Virus record (IMG/VR): IMGVR_UViG_3300025120_014745
Span: 3,612-67,611 of that record
Length of the DNA stretch: 64,000 bases
Strand: one strand, 5' to 3'
Source: a virus
Under the pieces are notes generated by a model that saw only the letters and a list, made by a program, of their open reading frames with translations, ran no database searches and was not told the DNA's origin. Below are positions 29,135 to 38,206 of this stretch, piece after piece (within the stretch, counting starts at the first letter, position 1; each line of letters starts with the position of its first letter). Position numbers and translations under genes: made by a program.

Positions 29135-29728
29135 GTGGTAACTAATTTTGAAAACATTGAAAATAAATTTAAATTAGCAGTTGATGGAAAAGATTATGAA
29201 AATTTAGTCCAGAAAATAATTAAAGCCAAAAGAATTTACATAATTGGTAATGGTGGGCTGCATTTCGTTGCAAGTCATATGGCAACAGACATGTCTAGAT
29301 TGATTGATAATAAGGCATTTTATTCTTTTGACAGCGTAGGATATATCACTTCTAATTCTAATGATCACGGATTTGGTAAAGTATTTATTCGATGGTTAGA
29401 TACCATTGCTATGGTTGACGAAAAAGAGGAAAGTCTAATATTGGGGTTATCATGCTCGGGTAATTCATCGAACATTATTGGGTCTTTACATTGGGCAGAA
29501 GAAAAAGGATATATGACACACATGGTCAGTGGCCAAAAATCTACAATACTTAAAGAAAGTATTGATGAAGTAATACTAGATTGCGAGTACTTCCACACAG
29601 TTGAAGTTCTTTGTCTTATGCTACTATACGACTTGATACACAAAACAGGAAATCACTGTCCATCAATATCAAAAGAAAAGAAAAGAATGGGTAATTCTTA
29701 TTTAAGAAGTTTACCACCAAAGGAGTAA
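29135..29728 (+). CDS. SIS-domain sugar-phosphate isomerase (GmhA-like, diverged)
   Basis: IIGNGG...ASHMATD, SNDHGF and LSCSGNSSNI. GTG start after GGAGG. Confidence 0.8.
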   Translation: MVTNFENIENKFKLAVDGKDYENLVQKIIKAKRIYIIGNGGLHFVASHMATDMSRLIDNKAFYSFDSVGYITSNSNDHGFGKVFIRWLDTIAMVDEKEESLILGLSCSGNSSNIIGSLHWAEEKGYMTHMVSGQKSTILKESIDEVILDCEYFHTVEVLCLMLLYDLIHKTGNHCPSISKEKKRMGNSYLRSLPPKE

Positions 29729-29730
29729 GA

Positions 29731-30570
29731 ATGAAAATAGGAATAATAGGCAATGGTTTTGTAGGATCTGCGATTATGCATGGATTTATATTGCACGTAG
29801 ATGACATAATGATATATGACAAAGATCCAAAACGATCGACCCATTCCATGAAAGACTTAGTCAGTAACGCAGACGTTATATTTGTTTGTGTCCCAACACC
29901 AATGTTTGAATCAGGAGAATGTGACTTATCAATTGTGGAGTCAGTTACTGAAGAACTTTCACAATATTCGAGTATTAATAAAAAAGTTGTTGTGATTAAA
30001 TCAACCGTTGTTCCCGGCACAACAGAGGGCTTAGCAAATAAGTATCCAGAAATGAAATTTGTATTCAACCCAGAATTTTTAACAGAAAGAAAGGCTCGAC
30101 TAGACTTTATCAATACTTCGAGGATTGTGTTAGGTAGTAACAATCCTTTAGCAAATGATACTGTTGAAAAATTATATCGACTGAGGTTTCCATATACACC
30201 TGTTATAAAAACAGACTTTGGAACAGCACAGTTGATCAAGTATATGTGCAATTGCTTTTTCGCAACAAAAGTCTCATTTATGAATGAGATGTACCAGGTT
30301 TGTGAAGCTATTAATGGTGACTGGAGTGCAGCATTAGAGGGGTTTATAACAGATGGACGAATTGGCAATTCTCATATTGATGTTCCTGGACATGACGGCG
30401 ATTTTGGTTTTGGGGGCAAATGCTTTCCTAAAGATCTGAACGCAATGATAAAAAGAGCTGAAGAACTTGGGGTTTCACCTGATGTAATGAAAGGTGCATG
30501 GGAAAAGAACAAACAAGTCAGGAAAGATCTGGATTGGTATGACATTCCCGGCGCAGTAAGTAAAAAATGA
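29731..30570 (+). CDS. ugd: UDP-glucose/GDP-mannose dehydrogenase family, short form
   Basis: GNGFVG, CVPTP, IKSTVVPGTT, FNPEFL, KY..N.F.A.K and GFGGKCFPKD. The C-terminal UDP-binding domain is missing. Confidence 0.85.
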   Translation: MKIGIIGNGFVGSAIMHGFILHVDDIMIYDKDPKRSTHSMKDLVSNADVIFVCVPTPMFESGECDLSIVESVTEELSQYSSINKKVVVIKSTVVPGTTEGLANKYPEMKFVFNPEFLTERKARLDFINTSRIVLGSNNPLANDTVEKLYRLRFPYTPVIKTDFGTAQLIKYMCNCFFATKVSFMNEMYQVCEAINGDWSAALEGFITDGRIGNSHIDVPGHDGDFGFGGKCFPKDLNAMIKRAEELGVSPDVMKGAWEKNKQVRKDLDWYDIPGAVSKK

Positions 30571-31460
30571 ATGTTAGTTTAGTAACAGGTGGGTGTGGCT
30601 TTATTGGTAGTCACATTGTTGACAGGTTGATATCTTTAGGTCACGAAGTACGTGTTATTGACGATTTATCAGCAAGTGAAAACGAGATGTTTTATTATAA
30701 TGATCAAGCAACTTATTATCAAGAAGATATATCGAAAGATAACTGCAGCCACATTTTTAATAACGTCGACCATGTTTTTCACCTTGCTGCACGTAGTCGC
30801 ATCCAACCCACTATTGGCTCGCCCAATCAATGTTTTGAGGTTAATGTTGTAGGTACACAGAGGGTCCTAGAATGGTCAAGAGATAACTCTGTAAAGCGCG
30901 TAATATATTCAGGTACTTCCTCACTGTACGGTCACCAGAATCAAATACCGTTTGCGCCAAATATGCCCGCCGACTGCCTGAACCCATATTCAATGTCAAA
31001 GTGGATGGGCGAACAAGTATGCAAACTATATAATCAACTCTACGGACTACCAAGTATTACACTTAGATACTTTAACGTATATGGACCAAGAGAACCAATT
31101 AAGGGAGAATACGCACCGGTAATTGGATTATTTAAGCGTCAAAGTAAGCGTAATGAATTTATGACTATAGTTGCACCTGGAACACAAAGAAGAGATTTTA
31201 CATATATCGAAGATGTTGTGGAAGCAAATATCCTCGCAATGAATGCATCAACTGTTGACATACCATTTAACATCTATAATGTTGGAACAGGAAAAAATTA
31301 TTCAATGATTGAAATAGCAGAGATGATTGGTGGTAAAAGAGATGTGATTCCTTCACGTCCTGCCGAAGTTCAAGAAACACTTGCTGATATTGAAGATACG
31401 ATAAATGATTTAGGCTGGTTACCTAAACACAAATTGAAGGATAAGATAAATGCCTACTAA
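30567..31460 (+). CDS. NAD-dependent nucleotide-sugar epimerase/dehydratase
   Basis: TGGCGFIGSH, FHLAA, YSMSK (YxxxK), LRYFNVYGP and RDFTY. Confidence 0.93.
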   Translation: MNVSLVTGGCGFIGSHIVDRLISLGHEVRVIDDLSASENEMFYYNDQATYYQEDISKDNCSHIFNNVDHVFHLAARSRIQPTIGSPNQCFEVNVVGTQRVLEWSRDNSVKRVIYSGTSSLYGHQNQIPFAPNMPADCLNPYSMSKWMGEQVCKLYNQLYGLPSITLRYFNVYGPREPIKGEYAPVIGLFKRQSKRNEFMTIVAPGTQRRDFTYIEDVVEANILAMNASTVDIPFNIYNVGTGKNYSMIEIAEMIGGKRDVIPSRPAEVQETLADIEDTINDLGWLPKHKLKDKINAY

Positions 31461-31923
31461 ACAAGACGGACAATCAATTGCACATTCTTCTATGAAGATA
31501 GGTTTAGTTGCAGGAAACTTTGATGTGATCCACCCTGGGTATGTAAAGTTATTTGAAGATGCTAAAAAAAATGCATGCAATGTTTTGATTGTAGCATTAC
31601 AAGGAGATCCGACAATAGAAAGACCTTATAAATGCAAACCCGTTCAGACAGTTGAAGAAAGAGAATATATTCTTAGATCTCTAAGTTACGTAGACGACGT
31701 TGTCCACTACAACACAGAAGAAGAGCTCTTAAATTTGTTAGTAACAGCTGATTGGGACGTCAGAATAATAGGTACAGACTATAAAAATATTGATTATACG
31801 GGGAAATATTTAGAAAAAGAACTTAATAAGTCTGTGTATTTTCATAAAAGAGATCATGAATATTCTCTAACAGACTTAAAGAAAAAGATAATGGAGCAGA
31901 TGCTCGCGCAAAACAAAGGTTAA
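31450..31923 (+). CDS. TagD-like cytidylyltransferase
   Basis: AGNFDVIHPGY, KPVQTVEER, YVDDV, IIGTDY and YSLT. Start may be the internal MKIG. Confidence 0.85.
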   Translation: MPTKQDGQSIAHSSMKIGLVAGNFDVIHPGYVKLFEDAKKNACNVLIVALQGDPTIERPYKCKPVQTVEEREYILRSLSYVDDVVHYNTEEELLNLLVTADWDVRIIGTDYKNIDYTGKYLEKELNKSVYFHKRDHEYSLTDLKKKIMEQMLAQNKG

Positions 31924-31926
31924 TAT

Positions 31927-32109
31927 ATGTTTAAAAAAATGATTGAATTTATTTTCGGAGACAAGAAAACAAAATTAAAAAAAACGATAAATAAAAAGTA
32001 CACACAAGCCATATCGTTTCAAAGAAACGGAAATATACGACAGTACTCAGTATTAATGAATGACATTGCTAATTTAGAGGAAGAATATGAAAGATTACAA
32101 GATAGCTGA
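31927..32109 (+). CDS. Small protein, Lacal_2735/DUF6435-like
   Basis: KLKK....Y..A...QRNGNIR.YS pattern recalled for this family. Confidence 0.6.
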   Translation: MFKKMIEFIFGDKKTKLKKTINKKYTQAISFQRNGNIRQYSVLMNDIANLEEEYERLQDS

Positions 32110-33403
32110 CATTGTTTTAGCTGATTGGGGTAGGAAAGAAGTCTCCTTAGCAGAATCAGAAATGCCGGGATTGATAGAGTTGCGTAAAAAACACAGCAAA
32201 CATAAACCGCTTAAGGGCGCAAGAATAGCCGGTTGTTTACACATGACAATCCAGACAGCTGTCTTAATAGATACTCTAGTAGAATTAGGTGCTGAAATAA
32301 GATGGATGACTTGCAATATTTACTCCACCCAAGATCATGCTGCTGCTTATATTGCTGAACAAAAAATACCAGTTTTTGCATGGAAAGGAATGTCCGAAAA
32401 GGATTATAAGCAAGGTTTAGAGTTTGTCACTAAAGACGAAAATGGATTTTGGCCTAACATGATCTTAGACGATGGAGGTGATTTAACTGAACATGTTATG
32501 AAAAATTACCCGAATGAAACTAAAAAGTACATCAAAGGTATTTCCGAAGAAACAACAACGGGTGTAACAAAACTAAATTTTTATGAAAAAGAGGGAATGT
32601 TGTTGGCGCCAGTCTTCAACGTAAATGATTCAGTAACTAAGTCAAAATTTGACAATAAATACGGGTGCAAAGAATCTTGTGTTGATGCAATTCGTAGAGC
32701 AACAGACATCATGATGGCGGGTAAAGTTGCCGTAGTCGCAGGTTACGGTGACGTAGGAAAAGGCTCAGCAGCGTCACTAGCATCAGCTGGGTGTCGTGTA
32801 ATTGTGACAGAAATCGACCCTATTTGTGCACTCCAAGCTGCAATGGACGGCTTTGAAGTAATGCATATTGATGAAGCAGTTTGTGAAGGTGATATAATTG
32901 TAACTGCAACAGGAAACTGTGACGTAGTAAATGGTAAACATTTTGGGTGGATGAAAGATAATGCAATTGTATGTAATATTGGCCATTTTGATAATGAAAT
33001 TGATGTTAGCTGGTTGATTAAAAATTCTATAAATCACACAAATATTAAACCCTTAGTTGACGTTTATCGCGTAAAAGATACCAGACAGTTTGGTCATAGG
33101 GAAAAAAGCGTCATTTTATTAGCACAGGGCAGACTAGTTAATTTAGGTTGCGCAACAGGTCATCCAAGTTTTGTAATGTCTTGTTCGTTTACAAATCAAG
33201 TAATCGCCCAGATTGAATTATGGCAAAATAACGCAAATTATGACAATAAACTCTATGTCCTTCCAAAAGAGTTGGACGAAGAAGTAGCTCGACTACACTT
33301 AGTTCACTTAGGCGTAAGATTAACAACACTCACTAGTAAACAATCTGCTTACATCGGCGTTAACAAGCTAGGGCCTTATAAGACAGACGATTATCGATAC
33401 TAG
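32087..33403 (+). CDS. ahcY: S-adenosylhomocysteine hydrolase
   Basis: [62 protein letters not shown] and the C-terminal YRY. Confidence 0.97.
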   Translation: MKDYKIADIVLADWGRKEVSLAESEMPGLIELRKKHSKHKPLKGARIAGCLHMTIQTAVLIDTLVELGAEIRWMTCNIYSTQDHAAAYIAEQKIPVFAWKGMSEKDYKQGLEFVTKDENGFWPNMILDDGGDLTEHVMKNYPNETKKYIKGISEETTTGVTKLNFYEKEGMLLAPVFNVNDSVTKSKFDNKYGCKESCVDAIRRATDIMMAGKVAVVAGYGDVGKGSAASLASAGCRVIVTEIDPICALQAAMDGFEVMHIDEAVCEGDIIVTATGNCDVVNGKHFGWMKDNAIVCNIGHFDNEIDVSWLIKNSINHTNIKPLVDVYRVKDTRQFGHREKSVILLAQGRLVNLGCATGHPSFVMSCSFTNQVIAQIELWQNNANYDNKLYVLPKELDEEVARLHLVHLGVRLTTLTSKQSAYIGVNKLGPYKTDDYRY

Positions 33404-33436
33404 TGTAAAAACACTACATTTTAAGTATTATATAAT
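33404..33436 (+). promoter_or_regulatory. Possible sigma70-like promoter
   Basis: TGTAAA followed by TATTATATAAT in the intergenic gap before 33460. Confidence 0.35.
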
Positions 33437-33459
33437 ATACCTCTAACAAATGGTGAAAA

Positions 33460-34302
33460 ATGAGCAATCAAACTGTGTTTCCTACTGGAAAACCCCACAT
33501 ATCTTTTTCTGAAGTCAAGCAATGGAAAGAGTGCCCTTATCGACATAAGCTAGTCTATATTGATAAAATTGACACATTTAAACCATCACCTTACTTACAT
33601 TTTGGAACAGCCGTTCATGAAGGCTGTGAGACACTTCTAGAGTCACGTAGTGTCGACCGTGATAAGATAATAGGGGTGATGAAAGAAGAGTGGCAGAATG
33701 CTGGATACGAGAATCCAGAGTGGTATTCTAAACAACCTGGGTGGTATAAACACGAACCAGTAGAAGTTTGGGAATCTTGGGCAAACAATATGTGGGATGA
33801 GGTTCTAAGTTTTCTGGATAAAGAACTTCCTGGGTGGGAATGTTTTGAAGCTGAAGAACAACTTTACGAAGTCATTGATGATATCAAAAACCCTCTAAGT
33901 TTCAAAGGTTTTATCGATGGTGTACTTAAGGTTCCGAAAAAACGAGGCAATGGTCACGAATATTGGATCATTGACTGGAAAACTGCGGGTGCTTGGGGTT
34001 GGAGAAGAGATAAAAAACAAGATCTAGGAATGACAGCACAATTAATTTTATATAAACACTTTTGGGCCAAAAAGCATAATATCGATCTTAAAGATGTTAG
34101 ATGTGGTTTTGTTTTGTTAAAACGAGGTGGTAAAAAAGGAAAAGTTTGTGAGCTAGTAAAAGTTTCTGTCGGTCCTAAAACATATGCAAAGGGTGTAAAG
34201 CTTATGCGGAGTATGATAAGTTCTGTTGAGAAAGGAATGTATTTAAAAAATAGAAATAGCTGTAAATTTTGCCAGTTCTATCAGACAGAACACTGTACAT
34301 AA
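33460..34302 (+). CDS. PD-(D/E)XK nuclease, Cas4/AddB-like with Fe-S cysteines
   Basis: ISFS...WKECP, FGTAVH, EEQL, GFID, IIDWKT, QLILY and C-terminal CKFC.....C. Confidence 0.88.
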   Translation: MSNQTVFPTGKPHISFSEVKQWKECPYRHKLVYIDKIDTFKPSPYLHFGTAVHEGCETLLESRSVDRDKIIGVMKEEWQNAGYENPEWYSKQPGWYKHEPVEVWESWANNMWDEVLSFLDKELPGWECFEAEEQLYEVIDDIKNPLSFKGFIDGVLKVPKKRGNGHEYWIIDWKTAGAWGWRRDKKQDLGMTAQLILYKHFWAKKHNIDLKDVRCGFVLLKRGGKKGKVCELVKVSVGPKTYAKGVKLMRSMISSVEKGMYLKNRNSCKFCQFYQTEHCT

Positions 34303-34307
34303 TTTTG

Positions 34308-34335
34308 TTTACACGCTAACAATAATGTATAAAAT
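34308..34335 (+). promoter_or_regulatory. Possible sigma70-like promoter
   Basis: TTTACA-N16-TAAAAT in the intergenic gap before 34391. Confidence 0.35.
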
Positions 34336-34390
34336 AATAAACAAAATAGCTATTCTTTTTATAGAATAATGAACATTATAAGGTGAATAA

Positions 34391-35641
34391 ATGGCAGAAA
34401 ATGGTAAATTTAAAGTTTTAGTGCTTTCAGATCACGCTTTATCTACTAGTGGTGTAGGTACGCAAACAAGGCATTTAATTGAAGGGTTGTTGAAGAAAAA
34501 CTGTTGGTCATTTAGACAATTTGGGGCAGCTTTGAAACATCAAGACTATAGAACAGTAGTCGTCAACGACGATTTCGTAATTAAACCTATTGACGGTTTT
34601 GGAAGTCCGGACTTGATTCGGGTTGCACTAGCAACAGAAAAACCTGACTTATTATTTATCTTTACTGACCCTAGATTTTTTACTTGGCTTTTTGATATGG
34701 AAGATGAAGTGCACCAAGTTTGCCCGATTGTTTGGTGGCATGTATGGGATAATTACCCGTATCCAGTATTTAATAATTCTTTTTATGAAGCAACAGATAT
34801 GATTAATTGTCACAGTTATATGACGTATGAGATGCTAAAAGATGTGTATCCAGAAAAGACTAATTTCATTCCCCATGCTTTGCCCGATAACCTCTTCCAG
34901 CAATTAAGTAGTAAGGAAATGTTGTCACACAAAACTAGTCTTCTTGGGAACGACAGGAAAGATCACTTTGTAGGAATCTGGGTTAATCGTAATGCAAAAA
35001 GAAAGCGACCCTCTGACTTACTTGCATCTTGGGCAAAGTTTCTAGAAAACTTAGAGTCTGAATATGGGCATCGTAAAGCAACTTTAATTATGCACACTGA
35101 ACCCACTGATAATGAAGGTCCGAATTTGTTTAAAGTTACGGAAATGCTTGGTATCCAAGAAAATGTTTTCTTTTCTAGGGAACGAATTGAATTTGAAAAA
35201 ATGAATATTCTATATAACATATCTGATTTTTGCATTAATACTTCATATGCTGAAGGGTTCGGTTTGTCAACTCTAGAGTCGATGTTGACAGGGACACCAA
35301 TAATCGCACCTAAGACAGGTGGGCTTACGCGTCAAGTTGTTGATCATAATGATGGTACACATAATGGTGTCGCATTGGATGTTGATTTTAAAACACTTGT
35401 AGGCAGTCAAGCTGTGCCTTTTATTTATGAAGATTATGTAAATAATGAAAATTTTGCTAATGCAATGATGAAGCTATTTAAAATGAACGAAAAACAAAGA
35501 AAAGAACTATCAAGAAAAGTTAAAAATTATGCAAACGCTGAGTTTGGATATCAAAAAACTATAGATGACTGGCACGAAACTATGATTAAGACAATAGATA
35601 ATTTTAAACATAGAAAAAACTGGAATATTGAGGAAATATAA
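34391..35641 (+). CDS. Glycosyltransferase family 4
   Basis: SDH...SGVGTQ, TDPRFF, VWDN, RNAKRKR and EGFGLSTLESM..GTPII..TGGL. Confidence 0.9.
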   Translation: MAENGKFKVLVLSDHALSTSGVGTQTRHLIEGLLKKNCWSFRQFGAALKHQDYRTVVVNDDFVIKPIDGFGSPDLIRVALATEKPDLLFIFTDPRFFTWLFDMEDEVHQVCPIVWWHVWDNYPYPVFNNSFYEATDMINCHSYMTYEMLKDVYPEKTNFIPHALPDNLFQQLSSKEMLSHKTSLLGNDRKDHFVGIWVNRNAKRKRPSDLLASWAKFLENLESEYGHRKATLIMHTEPTDNEGPNLFKVTEMLGIQENVFFSRERIEFEKMNILYNISDFCINTSYAEGFGLSTLESMLTGTPIIAPKTGGLTRQVVDHNDGTHNGVALDVDFKTLVGSQAVPFIYEDYVNNENFANAMMKLFKMNEKQRKELSRKVKNYANAEFGYQKTIDDWHETMIKTIDNFKHRKNWNIEEI

Positions 35642-35643
35642 TT

Positions 35644-36828
35644 ATGAAAAAAGTACTTTTGAGAGCTCCACTGTTGACTAATAGTGGTTATGGCGTACAC
35701 TCAAGACAAATATTTGAGTGGCTTAGCAAACGTAAGGATGTGGACTTGTACGTTGAGTGTCTCCAATGGGGTAGGACTTCATGGTTGATTGAAAGATCAT
35801 CAGAAGATGGGCTAGTAGGTAAAATCATGGATTGTTCTAGACCTTTTGATAAAACAGAGATAGACATATCAATACAAGTTCAACTTCCTGATGAGTGGGA
35901 TGAAAGTATAGGTAAAGTAGCAATAGGTGTGACAGCACTCGTTGAAACAGACAGATGTTCAAAGGCGTGGGTTGACAAATGCAATAAGATGACCCACATT
36001 GTTGTACCTTCCACATTTACTAAAAATGTCTTGAAAAGATCAGGAATATTTACAAAGCCCATATCAGTAATACCTGAGTGGTACAATAATAACATCATTA
36101 ATAAAAGTGAAGTATCAAAAGTTTTAAACGACGAAAGATATGATAATATCAATGAAGATTTTGCAATTCTCATGATAGGAACACTAACCAGTCAAAATCC
36201 CCAAGACGACAGAAAAAATCTTGTTAACACAATAAAATGGGTTACTGAAGAGTTCCAGGGGCAAGAAGACGTTTCAATTGTTTTAAAAACTAACTTCGGT
36301 AAAGGAACAACGTCAGACAGAAAACTTTGTAAAGAATATTTAGGTAATCTAAAAAGACAGTTAGGTTCTAGCGAATTTCCAAAATTAAAGTTGCTTCACG
36401 GAAACATGGCATCAAAAGAAATAGCTGCACTCTATAATCATCACAAAATTAAATTGTATGTATCAGCAACGAGAGGTGAAGGATATGGTTTACCTTTGAT
36501 AGAAGCAGCAGTTGCAGGATTACCAATTGTAGCTACAAATTGGTCAGGCCATTTAGAATTTCTAAATAGAGAGTATTTCGGTGCTGTTGACTATAATCTA
36601 GTTGAATTAACTCCGAATAGGGTTGACGGTAGGATATTTGAAAAAGGTTTTCGTTGGGCAGAGCCTTCTGAGAATAGTTTTAAAAGAGAAATTAGAAAAG
36701 TTTATGAAAATTATAGTGAAAAAAAGGCTAAAGCAAGAAAAATGGCAAAAGATGTGAGAATAAATTTTAACAGCAAAGTCATTAAAGAAAAATACGATGA
36801 ATTATTTGAAAGGTATTCAGAAAAATGA
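35644..36828 (+). CDS. Glycosyltransferase family 4
   Basis: SGYGVHSR, QLPDEW, DRKN and TRGEGYGLPLIEA..GLPIVATNWSGH. Confidence 0.9.
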   Translation: MKKVLLRAPLLTNSGYGVHSRQIFEWLSKRKDVDLYVECLQWGRTSWLIERSSEDGLVGKIMDCSRPFDKTEIDISIQVQLPDEWDESIGKVAIGVTALVETDRCSKAWVDKCNKMTHIVVPSTFTKNVLKRSGIFTKPISVIPEWYNNNIINKSEVSKVLNDERYDNINEDFAILMIGTLTSQNPQDDRKNLVNTIKWVTEEFQGQEDVSIVLKTNFGKGTTSDRKLCKEYLGNLKRQLGSSEFPKLKLLHGNMASKEIAALYNHHKIKLYVSATRGEGYGLPLIEAAVAGLPIVATNWSGHLEFLNREYFGAVDYNLVELTPNRVDGRIFEKGFRWAEPSENSFKREIRKVYENYSEKKAKARKMAKDVRINFNSKVIKEKYDELFERYSEK

Positions 36829-37142
36829 GCTTTGAACTAATACTTATTGGATTGTGTTGTTTGTTACTTTCTTTGTCAATTTTTCTTTGCTGGAAACTCT
36901 ATCAATTTTCGATTGTTATAATAGATATCGAAGACGCGGTAGAGGAGTCACTAGATATCTTAGACGAGAGATACGGTAAAATGAATGAAGTGCTGGAAAA
37001 ACCAGTATTTTTTGATTCTATGGAGATACGCCAGGTTGTCGATGACATAAGGCAATGTCACAGAGCAATACTCATAGTAGCTAATAAGCTCACAAGAAAA
37101 ATAGGGACTAAAAGTGGCGATACTGAAAAAGAAAACAGTTAA
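36825..37142 (+). CDS. Single-pass membrane protein, hypothetical
   Basis: Hydrophobic N-terminal helix followed by an acidic coiled region. Confidence 0.7.
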   Translation: MSFELILIGLCCLLLSLSIFLCWKLYQFSIVIIDIEDAVEESLDILDERYGKMNEVLEKPVFFDSMEIRQVVDDIRQCHRAILIVANKLTRKIGTKSGDTEKENS

Positions 37143-37866
37143 AAGAGGATCTAAGTCTACTAAGAAAAAATTATATTTCGGTAGAGAAGCACACGATGCA
37201 ATTATTGAGTACCAAGCATCCCAGTGCAGGAATGAAAGGCATTCTATCTATGAAAAAAAGATAAGACACTCATTCCAGAAATTAGTTGAAAACTTAATTT
37301 TTATTCACGGTTTTGCAAGAGATCCAGTAACATTCCAAACTTTAAAGTTTGATTGTGTCACGTTTTTATATGAAACATTAGAAAAATTTGATCCAGAAAG
37401 AGGTTCTAAAGCTTTTTCTTACTTTAACGTTTGCGCAAAAAACTTCTTAATTATCCAAACTAATAAGAAAAACAAAAACGATAGAAGGAGTGTTAGCTTT
37501 GACAACTACTCTAACTTAAGTGTGAGAGACAAAAGAAGCATCGAAGTTTATAGTATTGTACCTTCACCTGAATCTATTATGATACAGAAAGAAGATCGAG
37601 AAAGAATGTTCCAGGTACTAGGTATTATTGAAGGGCGCATTAAAAATGAAAACGAGAAGTTATGTGTTAGAGCAGTAACAAAACTATTTACGAACATCGA
37701 TGATCTAGAGCTTTTAAATAAAAGAGCTATTTTTGTGTATTTGAGAGAAATATCAGGTTTAAACCCTAAGCAACTCTCTGTTGCAATGTCTAGTGTGAGA
37801 AAACATTTTAGAGAGATAGTTAAAAGTAACGATGAATACAAGTCAATGTTTAGAATGGGAATGTAA
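37114..37866 (+). CDS. Phage sigma factor, T4 gp55-like (late transcription)
   Basis: KLYF, KLVENLI, KFDPERGSKAFSYF..CAKN (sigma region 2) and NKRAIFVYLREISGL. Located just upstream of the structural module. Confidence 0.7.
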   Translation: MAILKKKTVKRGSKSTKKKLYFGREAHDAIIEYQASQCRNERHSIYEKKIRHSFQKLVENLIFIHGFARDPVTFQTLKFDCVTFLYETLEKFDPERGSKAFSYFNVCAKNFLIIQTNKKNKNDRRSVSFDNYSNLSVRDKRSIEVYSIVPSPESIMIQKEDRERMFQVLGIIEGRIKNENEKLCVRAVTKLFTNIDDLELLNKRAIFVYLREISGLNPKQLSVAMSSVRKHFREIVKSNDEYKSMFRMGM

Positions 37867-38204
37867 TGGGAAAACAAAAAAAAGAAGATAAAATAAAAGA
37901 ATTCTCAGATTTGTTGAATAGTTTAGAAAATACTGAAGATAAAAAGAAATTACTATGGAAAGAATCATACCAGAATGCAATCGAAGATAGAGAAAGTGCA
38001 TCAATTTTATTAAATGATCTTCTGGTGACAATACCGGGAAATTCAGGAAATCATTCTATGCACGGATCCTTAGCAACAAAGTATTTAGAAAGAATGTCAA
38101 AGAGTAATGATCAAATAATAAAACTGGCAGAACTATTGGCAAAAGAGCAAGAAAAGGAAAGTACAGTTTCACCTGATGATATATTTAAGTCTATAGGAGA
38201 CTGA
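37866..38204 (+). CDS. Hypothetical helical phage protein
   Basis: TAATG-coupled ORF with a KYLERMSKSNDQIIKLAE helix. Confidence 0.7.
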   Translation: MGKQKKEDKIKEFSDLLNSLENTEDKKKLLWKESYQNAIEDRESASILLNDLLVTIPGNSGNHSMHGSLATKYLERMSKSNDQIIKLAELLAKEQEKESTVSPDDIFKSIGD

Positions 38205-38206
38205 TA

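Noticed and set aside
33460-34302. Cas4-like nuclease as part of a CRISPR system
   Set aside because: No repeat-spacer array or other cas genes were seen. Solo Cas4-like nucleases are common in phages.
9420-36828. Bacterial LPS/capsule locus (cellular origin of the window)
   Set aside because: It is flanked seamlessly by phage fibre, late sigma and baseplate genes with the same strand and gene style, and it lacks wzx/wzy/ABC export genes.
37866-38204. Terminase small subunit
   Set aside because: Size and helical character fit, but there is no diagnostic motif and no large terminase adjacent in this window.
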